From positions 20,026,001 through 20,090,000 of the forward strand of contig NC_047066.1 in the NCBI RefSeq assembly GCF_902459465.1: a DNA stretch of 64,000 nucleotides, in the 5' to 3' direction. Every line of letters starts with the position of its first letter. The stretch's first letter is position 1. This document shows positions 10,897 through 24,200 of this stretch, one piece after another. Source of the stretch: Asterias rubens. Lineage: Eukaryota. The notes under the pieces were generated by a model, which was given only the letters and a program-made list of their open reading frames with translations, was not told the origin of the DNA and did not search any database. The translations under genes and the position numbers were made by a program.

Positions 10897-13800
10897 ATGT
10901 TTGTGTTTGCCTTCCCCCGCAAGATAACCCAGGGCTTATTCTGCCATCGGCATCTATCATCCCCACTACCCAAGATCATTCAACAAATTAGTGTTTGTCA
11001 TGGTTCGTCAGCAGCAAATGTGAAGAGAAAGAAACTTGTGATATTAGGGACAGGATGGGCCAGCTACAGTGTCCTAAAAAGTGTCAATAAAAAACTTTAT
11101 GACGTCATTGTCGTAAGTCCGCGTAATCATTTTTTGTTCACACCATTACTGGCCAGTACAACTGTTGGGACGCTGGAGTTCAGGTTAGTTTTCAAGGCAA
11201 GAATAAGAACCTAATATTTAGATTAGAAATCTTTAGTAATAAGAGACGTAGAAAGATCCATAAGCTGACCCTTTTCCTACTCCAGGTAAAATTTTCAAAG
11301 AAGTTTACCACTGCTTTGAAATCATTCAAATCAATAGCTGCAATAATCGTAACCCTCCATCCTGCTGACATTCAAGAAAGGAGGATTGATATTATATTTG
11401 TTTGTTTGTTTAGATGATCTTCCAATCGAGGGAACTCAGCAAACTCCCACCAGGGAATAACACCAAGTTGGCAACAGCCAATCTCTCTCAAACAAACATT
11501 GGTTTAACGTCTATGATTATGAATTGCACAAATCAAGAAATTCTGATTTAGTAACTAGACGACAATATTTATTCTAGCCATTGTGAAGTACGCTGGCGGC
11601 TTGAAGGAAAGCATGCTGTTATACATATCATTTAAAACCACTGGATGGTTGAGAGTAAGAGGGTTAACTATGTACTGTGTAGTAGAAGCATTCGTTACAT
11701 GATATCACAGGCAAGCATAATTTAACATTGAAAATCACATTGGGTGATATTGATTGGTCAGACTGATTTACACTTTGTCTTCTTTGCATTCACAGGAGCA
11801 TCATTGAACCCATTCGAAACACAGGTTTTAGACAGACGGATCACTTCCATTTGAGTGAAGCCGTTGGGATCGATGTGGGAAAAAAGGTACTCAGCATGTA
11901 GTTTAAGTTCAATGTCCTATCCCTGACCCGTATACCTCCTTCCACACAAGCCTTCACTTTCCATTAAAATGGGGAATCAAACTTCAAGTTAGTTTTCAAA
12001 CTGTCAAAATGCTCCGACCAACCATGCCAACCATTTGTATTTGATTCCTTTTTGGATTTTGTTTAAATCCAAGTTGCAAACATTTTACAATGTGGCTTTA
12101 AAAGAAAAAAAAGTGTATTAATACATTGTATAATATTGAAGTCTTATATAGCGCACGTATCTACCAAGCAAGGTACTCAAGGCGCTGAGTATATACAAAC
12201 TTTCAGAAAGATAGGTAATTGCAGTGATGAATTTTGAGACCCAATTATTTAGCACCTTATAAGGGTTTACAAGGTGTATCAATACATTGTATACAGCTTT
12301 TGTTGTTGTGTGAAGGGCAATGATTATGCTGCGCATGACGCCACGTTTTAAGGCCATGTTTGACACAGACAAGTTACAGGAATAAAAGTTTAGAATTAAA
12401 TTCATTGTTCAGCCATCTGGCCTTCAGATTGATTACACTGTTCTTTCCTTCTTGCCTCAATGCTCATCAACTCTCTAGTTCTTCACACCCCATCGATCCA
12501 ATACCTTGTCAAAGGTGTTTTTTTCTCTTTCTATTATATTGTAGGAACTTTACTGTCAGAGTGTGCTGAAACCTGAATTGACATACAACATTGAATATGA
12601 CAAGTTGGTCATTGGAGTAGGAGCTGTCAGTAATACATTTGGCGTTCCAGGCGTCTCAGAACATGCTTTCTTCCTCAAGGTATTGAAAAAAAAAAGAACA
12701 AACCATCTTTTTGAAGACGATCAGAGTATGCTGATCAAAACGTTGGGTTGTCAACCACCTGTTCTCCTCAGAACCAACACTACTCAAAAGAGATTTACAC
12801 ATGGTGATGCCACAATTACCTCACCCAATTTGTGTAGGTTATCAGTATTGCTTAAATCCATATAAATGTATTTGAAAATCTATTCAAATTCATCATCTGG
12901 TTGTGTTTGATTTTGAGAGACATCGTAAAAGTTAATGAACTCATCACCCTGAGAAAGACATTTCATTATTCTTTAAGAAGTTGCATCTATTTTGGTTAAC
13001 AGGAGGTACAAGATGCCCGCGCTATACGAAACCGCATCCTCAATAACTTCGAGTTGGCACTGCATCCGAGCATCTCCAAAGAGGAGAGAAGACGACTTCT
13101 TCACATTATCATTGTAGGAGGTGGGCCAACAGGGGTGGAGTTTGGGGCTGAACTGTATGACTTTGTCAGGGAGGTGAGGTTTGGTGAAGGTTTGTCTGGG
13201 AAGATTTTCCCCATGACCGTTTTTATCTTCATACCGCGGCCTATAAGTTATGTCTTTACCTAACCTAAGGTAAAATGCACAACCTTTAAAGGGAAATTAC
13301 ACCCTTTTTTTTTAAGTTGTTTGATTGTTTTAATTCTAAACAAATATTGATTATATACGATAAAACTAACCTGTGCAAAACTTAATTTCAAAAGTTGGTA
13401 GCGTTTCTGGAATATCACCAAAAACCAGAGTGGTTTTGTCCTCACAGGAAGAATAAACTATTAATGAAATACACAATCTGAGAAGCGTTACTGTCAGTAA
13501 TGCATCTCAGATTCAAATTTTTGGGGATAAAAACATTTATAATATTCCATAACCACAATACTCCAAAGTAAAATGATACTCAAAATGTTTTATACCAACA
13601 AAAGCTACTGTACTTCTTACAAGTAAGTTTTGAGTGCCGTTAAATTTAAGAGTGATTACCAATTGTATATCTTCCCTTGAATCCCCTTCTTCCACCATAG
13701 GATGTCTCCCGTCTTTATAAGGAGGAGCAAAACCTAATCCGTGTCTCACTCATTGAGGGGAGGCAGATCCTCTCCTCCTTCACTCCTAAGCAACAAGAGT

Positions 13801-16373
13801 ACGCCACCTCTAAGATCAGCTCCCGATCACAGATGGAGTTGATCAAGGCTAACGTGACCAATGTTAGAGAGGATGGAGTCACCCTCAGCGATGGCAAGAA
13901 ACTCCCTTGTGGATTAGTGGTATGGTCCACTGGACTTTCTCCCAGGTAGAACAAATAGCCTTGTATCAGTGGGCAGGGTCGAGCAGTGACCATTTGTCAA
14001 CCACTTGTCATATCCCGTGGTTACCTACGCATGCAATACATCCTGGGTACCAGACAAAATCGCTCAATGGTCGATTGACTTTAGTCCCTTGCTCAAACTT
14101 GACTAGTGTTTTAGTTGAGACCTGGAGACCCGAGACCCAGTCTTTCAAAGGCCAAGACTTTTGCAGCCCGAGACCAAAACCAAGACCACAAAAAGGTCTG
14201 GAGATGAGATTAACATCAGGTCTCGAGACCTACATTGCCGTCTGGTACCATACATTGTTTCTGAAAAGTCAACACCCCCTGTGATGAGAACACCCCTGTA
14301 CTCAAGTGGGCTCTCCCACAATAAGACCTTCAGTCCAATGGTAGGGAAGTTATTCCATTGTGGACAGTTGGTGGGTTCCAATAGACATTTTCAGAGATTG
14401 ACTGGGGGTACTAAAAGCATGGAGTAAGGCAAAACAAAAGTACATTTCCTATTTGGGTACACGATTGTGCATTGTTTTTTTGTTTTTTCGACTTGGTGCC
14501 ATAAATGACAAATTTAATATGTAAATAATATGCTAATGATGAATAAGTATTAAGCCAATGAACAGCCTGCTTCTTAGTTTGGGGATGCAAAACACAGAGT
14601 ATTGGCCTATCAGCAAATTGCATGATGGCCATTATGATAATGACGGGTATATTTTTGCATTAACAGGTCATTTGTGAAGAACCTTCCCTTCTCCAGAAAT
14701 ACGCAGGGTCAGTTATTGACCAATGGCTACCTGAACGTGCTAGATGATGACAGTAAAAGCATCTATGCCATCGGTGACTGTGCGGAAATTGTCGGCAATA
14801 GTCTGCCATGCACTGCTCAGGTTTGTACACTGGCTATCACGCTGGCTATATGCAGATAAAACATTGACTGTAGTATTGCGAGAGGCTGCCTCAGCTGAGG
14901 CCAACTGGCGGAGCCTCTGATGGTCACTTTCCACTAAAGCCCGAGTGTCTGAAAATCGGCTGTATATTAAACAAACTTAATTGACCAGTGAAACCCCTTA
15001 AACATTCTTAACATGTAGATTGTCCATGTCTTTCAGGAGTTATATCCTATTCAGCAACTTTCTCTAACATCTAAAGAAAGATGATAGCAGTCCTCAGAGA
15101 TGCATTTCTAAGGCCAACGGATACCATAAACAACTTTATACCACATTGGCTTTCTTATGATTAATAAGAATATACATTTATTAGCCGGTTTTAAAGGCGT
15201 GTAGCAAAACGACTTGCACTACTACACCCATATTAACTGAAAAAGCACTCCTGAAACATCAAAACTCCTCGAGAATATGCATCACCAGCAGCCAGATGAC
15301 TGCTTAGCATTCACATCAACAATCTCTGCCACGCAGATACCAATTACTACTGGGTGATGAGAAGCAATTATGGTGTTTTTCCCAAGGACCAAACTGTAGT
15401 AACCAGAAAGCCACACTGACGAGTCCGCCATTCAACCACACGTCAAATGCACCACCCTGCTCAGCCAAGAGCCTCTGCTTGCCACAAAGATTAAAAACGT
15501 CAAAGTATCTGATAATGACACCACCTATAACCATACAATGTACATGTAACCTGCATTAACTTCCCTTGTGTGCATCTAGGTTGCAGAGAGGCAAGGTAGA
15601 TATCTCGCCAAGAGCCTTAGTACTGATGGGAAGGGGTCAGAGTTCAAGCACGAGAATATGGGCATGCTGGCCTATGTAGGTGGCTACAAGGGTCTGACTA
15701 ATACACCAGTAGTTAAGGGACAAGGTGAGATTTAAGATTAGCGATGAAGTACAGTAGTCAATGGTGTAGTCTAGTACATATTTTGATTTCACCCTTAACC
15801 GATGTGTAAAAAGTATGCATCCTCAGTGCTTTCCAAGTCCTGCAAAAATACCCATAAATACTCCTATGGGCTACCGCAACCCTCACAATCTAGAGCAGAT
15901 GTCGAAACTAATGAGAACAACAAATATGTCCAATGAGAAAACCAGTTCATTATAATTGGCAAACTGTTAATTTACGAAACATTCAAAAAGGACATTTTGA
16001 AAAAGAGTAGAGATCTGTTCAATACTTGACCCATATGAGAAAGTCAATAACAGAAATATTCAAATACAGGATATGAAAGTAGCTCACTGTTTCAAACAAT
16101 AACTCCAACAGTTATTTGTAATGAGCTGTCTTTTTCAGATTTTAGGTTAACACAGAATAAGCATAAACTAAATCATGTTTTAAATAGCAATCCCGATTTA
16201 TAAACAAATAACCATATTTTGTTTATTTTTTGTTTTTGAATACAGGGTTCAACTCTTGGTTGCTATGGCGATCAGCTTACCTCACACGATTGGGTAGCTG
16301 GCGATTACGTATGCAGGTTCCCATTGATTGGACAAAGACACTGCTCTTCGGTCGAGACATTTCAAGATTCTAA
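10897..16373 (+). CDS. Mitochondrial type-II (alternative, rotenone-insensitive) NADH:ubiquinone oxidoreductase, Ndi1/Nde1/NDA-like (NDH-2/NDX), 451 aa, 8 coding exons
   Basis: Exons 10897-11183, 11796-11886, 12545-12679, 13003-13173, 13701-13945, 14667-14820, 15580-15724, 16246-16373 (1356 nt, phases consistent). Motifs: [10 protein letters not shown] (FAD), [54 protein letters not shown] (NADH), IYAIGDC, TAQVAERQG (quinone site) and C-terminal [26 protein letters not shown]. The first ~45 aa contain no D/E, resembling a mitochondrial presequence. Confidence 0.93.
11395..11565 (+). repeat. Unclassified interspersed repeat (copies at 11395-11565, 17738-17915, 61960-62075)
   Basis: Shared text tttgtttgtttagatgatcttcc..aaactccc..acaccaa..ggcaa..gccaatctctc..acaaacattggttt..tgcacaaatcaa..agtaac.agac.acaa in three places. 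Confidence 0.7.
12711..12806 (+). mobile_element. Penelope-type terminal-repeat fragment with a mutated minimal hammerhead
   Basis: TTGAAGA-C-GATCAG-AGTATG-CTGATC-AAAA-CGTT, followed by sequence shared with 37587-37700 and 47230-47335 (..caacact.c.tcaaaagagatttacacatgg). Core positions C3 and G12 are mutated. Confidence 0.55.
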
Positions 16374-18167
16374 AAATATTATATAGGAATCATAGTTGTA
16401 ATAGTTCTGTTACTTGGTTCATCTCCAAAAGTAGACAAGTTTAACAGAACAGCATGTATTTTGTATGCAATATTTAAAACTCAGGTTTTCCAAACCAAAA
16501 TTTAACAGTGAAGTTAAATTTCACTACTTTTGACGGGTACAGGAAGTAAAACAAATGCACAATGAATAAAACAAAATCACAAGACCAAGTTTTTTGCATG
16601 TACAGGGTTGAAGATGACGATGTCTAAAGAATTAATTCTGGAGTCGATTCCTTGCGCTGGCAAGATTCTATGAACAATTAAGAAGATTGTAATAATCAAT
16701 CTTCCGTAGCAAGTGTCAATAGAAGGTACATAGTACATCTTTTGATTGGGGAAGGATATGTAAAATTTACGTCAAAGTACAAAGGGTAAACATTTTCCAC
16801 CAGACATGGGCTGTACAAGCATAAGATTGGCAAGAAAGACCAATGGTGTGAAGTGATTGGCTGAAGTCAAAACAAGGGCAGCTTAATAGTTGGCTACATA
16901 ACAAATGTCAAACAGTTCAAATTTTACTTGATAGTTAAGCAAAACTACTTGCACCACTGGCCAGAGTCCATTTATTTTACCTTTGGGCCTGTAACTCCAC
17001 AAGTGAACAAGCCCAGCTGCAGTCCAGCATTTTTGGACATGCACACTTTTTAAGATTTCTTGCTTGGGTATGGAACTTTCAGCTGATTTCCTGTTTTTCT
17101 GTAGTTAACAGTACCATGGGAAACTGAAAGAAAACTGAAAGAACACTACAAAGTTAAATGAGGGTGGCCATTTCCTTGTTTTTTGTTTGTTTACTTTGTG
17201 TGGTTTGTTTTAGCTATTCGAAAGCTTTGAATGTATGCATTATGTACATGTATACAAGTATTTAAGCTTTTCAATTCAAAGCTATTCCTCATTGTTCAGC
17301 ACACGGGAATAAATAAGTTCTCATGAAAAGTATTTTAAAAGTTTTTTTGCAAACATTACAGTCCCAGCGAATCTGAGTGAATGAATGTATAGACTGGGTA
17401 TTAGCTGATCAATGCAGTGTGTGTCAACTATGAATACAAATATATATATTTATATTTTTGATATACCATCGTTATTGACTGTAGCAAAACTTTTTAAATG
17501 GATTGTTTATTTTTGTAGTGTAGTGTTGAACAAGATTGAAACTAGTCTTCAAGGCTTAACAGTGTACTCGTTTTCTCAAATCAGAATTTATAAAATTAAA
17601 AATTATGTTCACATGTGACAGATTAAAGAACTTCCAATATGGTGTGATAACTTGCATTTTTTCCCAGTAAAAAAAAACCCCAGACATAGAACCTTTGAAA
17701 ACACAGGAACATTTTACCAAGTACAAAGGTTACTTATTATTTGTTTGTTTAGATGATCTTCCTGTCAAGGGATCTCGGCAAACTTCCGCAAGGGGTTATA
17801 AACACCAAGCTGGCAACGGCCAATCTCTCTCATACAAACATTGGTTTCACGTCTGTCATTATTACATGTACATGTAAATGCACAAATCAAGAAGTTGTGA
17901 TTAAGTAACAAGACAACTGTTATGATACAATATTATTTGGCAAATTTGATAATACTGCTACTGACTTTCCTGGGTCAAAAAAAATTTGAAAAATAATGCT
18001 GAGAGGTCTAGTGCACTGGAATCAAGTTCTGGTGTTGCCAGACTGGTGGTTCAGTTCCTGGTCATGACACACGTCTTTGATTAGAATGTTCACTATTGTA
18101 AACTACAGGATGATAAGAATGATTCCTCCAAAATACAACCATATCTTTCCAAGTAAGCTCAACTTAA

Positions 18168-18503
18168 AGGCAGTGGACACTATTGGTAAATACTCAAAAT
18201 AATTATTAGCATAAAACCTTACTTGGCAAAGAGTAATAGGGATAGGTTGATAATAAAAAAACATTGTGAGAAACAGCTCTCTCTGAAGTGACGTAGTTTT
18301 CGAGAAATAAGTAATTTTCCACGAATTTGATTTTGAGACCTCATATTTAGAAATTGAGGTCTTGAAATCAAGCATCTGAAAGCACACAATTTCGCGTGAC
18401 CATGGTGCGACATGGGTGTTATTTTCTTTCATTAATATCTCACAACTTCGGTGACCGATTGAGCTCAAACAGGTTTGTTGTTTTATGCATGTTGAGATAC
18501 ACC
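18168..18503 (-). mobile_element. Kolobok-like TTAA MITE, reverse orientation, one end truncated
   Basis: TTAA|AGGCAGTGGACACTATTGGTAA at 18164; body is the reverse complement of the 4193-4570 family. Confidence 0.75.
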
Positions 18504-19483
18504 AGTGTCCAGTTTCTTAAAAAGAGTTGTCAACCTGTACAAGCCATCAAACTATTTGCCCAATAAGGTACATAACAAAGTATACATAAGGGCATGTAAA
18601 TCAATACACAAGTGCCCACAAATGAAAAATAAATTAAAAACTTCCAAGTTTTCAAATGATGAATCACTTTTTCAAAAACTATATTTAATCAGGCGTTATT
18701 ATATCCAAACAGCAAAGCAAAATGAACTTGGATAATAACAGTTACAGCTCATGTTGCTTTAAGAAGTTTTCAAGAAAGTTAATATATGAAATAACATTAA
18801 ACAATATTGTGTTTTTGAAGAGGAACATAAAACATTTCTACTTTTAAATACCTCCAGATTTCCCTGTACACTTTTACATGTACCATAAGAAACCTGTTTG
18901 TAATAAAAGTGTCAATGGCTTTTCACAGTAATATACAGCAATACCAATGACACCCCACTAACAAAGTCTGTGAAGCAATTGTATCCACATTATTCATAGG
19001 AAAACTCCATACAAGACAATGTCAAAAGCTTAGCAATACATTTGAAAAAACAGAATACCAAAACAAATCTTTAATCTTCACAAACTCACTTCTAAAAAAA
19101 AAACTCAAGTTAAGAAACACTAAAGCTATTTTTCCATTGAAAGCACAAAGCATATTTTCTTGTTGCAAGAGTAGAAAGGGGAAGTGCCTTTAAGAAGTGC
19201 ACAACTTTGTATTCAAGTCTTGTAAATTAATTCTTTTTATATTAATTTGGTCAACCGTAAAAATATTTGTTGTTGCCTCTTTCCACCTATTCCTTTAGAT
19301 ACGAGACATCCCACACGATTTGTTTAGGACAAGTTCTGGTGGCCGAGTCATAAGGGTGTGGGTTTAGTTCCTAGTCATGAAACATGTGTCGCTGAGTATA
19401 ATTCACCTACAGGGTTAATGGGTACCTATGAGGTCCGAGATAGTTTGTAGCTTGGTGCCCTACATACTTGGCAGCACAGGCTG

Positions 19484-19680
19484 TATTGACCCAATTCACC
19501 CGACGTCATCATCAGAATAATCTTGGATGCGCCATATTGGTGGGCAATGTCACTGTGCCTTATAATATTCAGTGAAGTGCGCATTTTAGGCGACAGGGCA
19601 TCTACATGTAAACCTATTGACCACCAAAATGGTGAGCGTGGCACAGTCATCACTTGTGACGTGCGTGCAAGGGGTCAATA
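19484..19680 (+). mobile_element. TA-flanked MITE (copy 1; copy 2 at 20997-21187)
   Basis: Termini TATTGACCC...GGGTCAATA; internal cccgacgtcatcatcagaataat..ccaccaa.atggtgagcgtggcacagtc shared with the second copy. Confidence 0.75.
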
Positions 19681-20996
19681 CTTGCATCTTATTATGAACA
19701 TTATTACCTTTGGTCACAAAGCCATTCATTTTGTCCATTAAATCATCTCAGCTCCCTTGGTAATGCACGGTATATTCTGCCAAGTAAGTAGTGCATCAAG
19801 TAAAAATGTTCACAAGAACCATCTTTGCCCTCGCAGGAACCCCATTATTCCTGGGTGAAGAGAAGAAATTATAATTATTTAAGTTCGTTGCAAAGCAGTT
19901 CTGTCACAGTCTGGATATAATCTTCATCTCGGCCATGTCAGCCATTTAAACATCCCAACCACCCGGACACTGTGGAGCAGGGGTGTGACTTTGTTTTAAT
20001 CGACCAGTCTCTCTTGGGGAAAATTGTAGAGGGCACACTGCATTGTAAACAGACAAGCTTTCTCAACCAGTCATACTGTAAAAGAAACTAGCTACAAGAA
20101 CCACCAACTACAGGATTGTAACTCACAGTAATCGATACGATATATTTTACAAAATAAACTACTAAATCTACTTGTACCGAATATAAAACCACATCGAGCT
20201 GTTACTTTTTGACCTCAATTGAAAAAGAGAAAGAAAAACACTGTCCATTACAGTTTCACTAAATTTACACCTGCCTGTAAATATACATTGCTGTAATCTA
20301 ATAGCCACTGCAGAGTGGGCAGAAGTACCTACATTTCAGTGGCTATATAAATGGGTCTCATAATTCAAATAAGCTCTGCATAGCAATGTTACCTCGTAAA
20401 CAATTCAACGTGCTATATAAAATGGGTCTCACAGTTCAAACAAACTCTGCATACCAATAAAGTAATACGTGCTTTGAGATTTTATCGGGCGAATGAAAAA
20501 TTAATTTGCCTCTGGTAAGGGACACCGCTATGGGGGAAAATGTTAATTTGTATATTGTATTCTGTGGTGCCTTCTGCAATGTTCTTAAAGAACATTGCAG
20601 AAGGCACCACAGCAAAAGCACAGGGCACCACTACAATTGCTGTGGGTGCTGTTGGTTATTTTGAGGCCTGCAGAGTTAGTCTCAAGTTTTTTTAAAGGTT
20701 TACCATGGTTATCCAGGTTCAATCTCCAGATACCTCGAGTTATCAAATGTTTAATTCTGGTAACTCAGGTCCAGCATGGTCCTAACTAGTCTTCAAACAA
20801 CTTAAACCTGTTTCAGACAGGCGCTTCAGAGTCACGCCAAACCAAATTCTGAATTAAGTACATGAAAAGTTTGATCTCAAAACAATAAGAAGCGACTTGA
20901 CGCGCTAGAAGTAGAAAGATTGACCGTAGCAGTCCCGCCTGTCTTTAAAACAGGTGTTAAATGCAACAGCAGCCTACAAGTTCTTTCACATACATG

Positions 20997-21187
20997 TATT
21001 GACCCTATTCACCCGACGTCATCATCAGAATAATTTTGGATGTGCCATTTTGGTGGTCAATGTCAATGTGCGTTTTTCAAAAAGTACGCTTTTTAGGCGG
21101 CGCGGCGTTTACACGTAAACCTATTGCCCACCAACATGGTGAGCGTGGCACAGTCGGCGAGTGTGACATTCGTGCAAGTGGTCAACA
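20997..21187 (+). mobile_element. TA-flanked MITE (copy 2), in or just beyond the RSRC2 3' UTR
   Basis: TATTGACCCTATTCACCCGACGTCATC...GCAAGTGGTCAACA; homologous to 19484-19680. Confidence 0.75.
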
Positions 21188-21233
21188 CGGGTCTATTCTT
21201 GGCTCCAAGTTACAAAAACTATATACTCCTTAG

Positions 21234-24200
21234 CTATGAGGAGGTGGTTGGGGGAGTGGGTGCCTGCTGGATGACAGGGCCTCCTCCATGCCCAAACCCA
21301 AGTCCAAAGCTTCTCTGGGTGTGGGTCTTTACACGAGCTATCTGGTACTCCTGGTCCAACTGGTGGAATAGCTTGACTCTTTCTTCTTGCTGGCGTGCTG
21401 TGTCACCTTGATCTGCCAAAGAAAGAAAGAAATGAACAGTGATGGATTTCCCTTATATAGCAGAGCAAAAATGCAACACAAATTGTCTCAATTGCACTCA
21501 AGAACCACCATTTGCTACTCAGTGTTGCCATTCAGTGTGCACAACAAAAGTTCAGTCTAAATGTTTTGCTATGCATACAAAACCATTTCCCAAGTATTGC
21601 AACTTATTTTCAGGACAGAACGAGCTGTACGTTAATTTTGGTTTGACCCTCTCAATGATGTGTGTAGGCAGTTTAATGTAAATCTGTGGACATTATGCTT
21701 TGTGTTAAAAAAAGTACCCACATCCTTTAACAGGTAGGACTTGACAATCTGAGAAACATTACTGACAGCAACGCTTCTCATATTTAAATTTGGGGGCAAA
21801 ACTGATATCTGTTTAAATAACCACATTACTTCGAAGCGAAATAATAGTCTGGAGTTTCTCATGCCTGGAAACCTCTTCTTACCTGTTCCTTGCTCGGGTA
21901 TCTCCTCTCCTTCCTTGATCCCCATCAAGCGGCGGAACTTGGCCTTGGTCTCATTATCATCAAACGATGTCCTCTCCCACTGGTTACTTGACACTTTCTC
22001 TGCAATCTTCTAGTGTTCAAAAGCAAAATCAAAATTCTCATTCTGAATTGTTGGACATGTAAAACCTTTTACTTATTTTAACGTTTTACTTGGTACAAAG
22101 TTTATACAAATGTCTATACAAGACTAAAAATATCCTTACTGCATGCAATGGACTCAATTTCATAAAGCCTGTAAGCACAGAATATTACTAAGCACAGAAC
22201 AATCTTAGTTTAGCAGAAACAGCCAACCAGCCACAATTCCTTAAGGCTTATACAAATTGTTGTGACTGGTCCCTCACCCAACTTTTGCTAAGTGAAGATA
22301 TTGGCTACGTAGTATTTTTTGCTAAACAGCTTTATAAAATTGGATCAAACCAGCTCTCCTTATGAAGAGCACTGTTAAGAAGAGGTTCTGCTTTAATATA
22401 TGAAAAGCACATTCGGAATTTCTGAATCTTATTTCTGCTTTGGGTTTCTTTGTTTTCCTGCCCTCTGAAAACAACATTCTTGTTATAGTAAGGTACATGT
22501 AATTTGGCAAGTTGCAAAATGTTAAAATGCGGGTGGACTGTATAGTCAAGATTTTAAACACACAGGTCTTTTTATTTCTTTAATCAGTTGAACACCCCAA
22601 TTGGGCCATGTACTTACATCCTCTTTCTTAGCAGACCACAGTAGTTTCCTCTTGCGTGTCTGCTCCGCTATCTGTACAGGGTTGACTGTCAGTGGGTTGT
22701 AATACTTGGGCATGCTGATTCCAGTTTGGGCCAGAACCTTTGCCTGCATGGCTGCGGCAGCGGCAGCTGCTTGGATGAGGGGGTCTATACCCATGGGTGT
22801 TAGTGACATCAGAGGGGGTGGATTCAGGGATGTCGTGTTGCTCTCCACTCCTTTGGCAATTTCTAAATAAACAGAATTTAGCACAAGTGATTATGATGCC
22901 TTTTTATACATAAGGTACAGGGTTTTTCCCAAGAATTTAGAACTTGGTGTGGTGTGATATCTAGCGCACCAGACTCAAGCTCTGAAGACATAGTCATCAG
23001 AGTGTGCGTGTGCCCTCGAACTGACTGTTGGTGATCGGAAGTGCATAATGCGGCAGAAGGCAAAGCCATGAAACTTTCATAAAACTGTTGAGCAAAAAAT
23101 ACTGCTTAGCAGAATTCTGTGGTAAGCAGTGCCATGAAATTGCACCCAGTTGAAAAGTTGCTTGCCTTGGATACAAGTCTGTATGCTTTGTTTTCTAAAG
23201 GGCAAGGGCACAAAGGCATTTTCTCCTTGGTAAAGAACACCCTAGGAGGAAATTGTAAATTTCTGCTGCAGAGCATTTCAAGGGCACCAAGGCAATGACC
23301 AGGGGGCATGGAGGCTATCGCCTTCGTTGCCTCCGTGAAGTATTAGGCCTGCGGTCAGGGACAAAATAAGTAAACTAAATCACTGTTGCTCTGAAGCGTG
23401 TTGTCTTACACACAGTAAAACATGAAAAAGAGAAAACTTGCATGCCTGAGATTCAAGGAATGGTTCACACTACAATACCTTTCTCAAGCGTGTCATCCGT
23501 CTCCAGCTTCAGGACCTTCTCCCTCTCCTTCTCATCCTTGTCCCGTCTCTCCTTCATCTCCATCAGCTTCTTGGCTCTCTCTAGCCGTCTAGCCAGAGCC
23601 TCCTGGGCATGCATGGCGGCGTCCCTCCCACGGGTCAGAGGAGAGGTGGAGATGCTGCGGCTACGGCTACGGCTGCGGGTGTGACTACGACGCCTCCTTG
23701 GACTCCAAGATCTACAAAGTTTTAAGAAGTCACAAATCTTATAATGCATCTTCGAGTTGTACTTTTAATAGTAATAATAATGGTAATAATGATGAAGACA
23801 TTTAATTTGTAAAACGCCTAATGAAAAAGCCATCAAATTCGCATAAACAAAACAATAAAATAAACATGTATAATACTAATAATAGTGGCTTCTTATATAG
23901 CGCACATATCAGTACTCAGTGGCGCACAATGAGTGAAAGATAAATTACATGTAAGCAGATTATTAATAAGCAGCTTTAAACATAATTATGAGATGATCCT
24001 ACAGTCTGAGTAGGGGATACATAAGCAGGAGTTTGACATGTTTGAGCTTTAGGCTTGATCTGTCTTGTGCCTTTTCATTTTGACAACAAAATAGTGTCAT
24101 GTCAATACCAAGAGATTGTATTTACATCAAAATTACAAATGCATTTTAAGGGAATTGTACAACAAATGGCTTCTTCTTAAAATGTAAATTGACAATAACC

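Noticed and set aside
10897-16373. Bacterial or fungal contamination, or recent horizontal transfer, as the source of NDH-2
   Set aside because: Seven canonical introns containing host repeats and a position between host genes indicate a long-resident gene.
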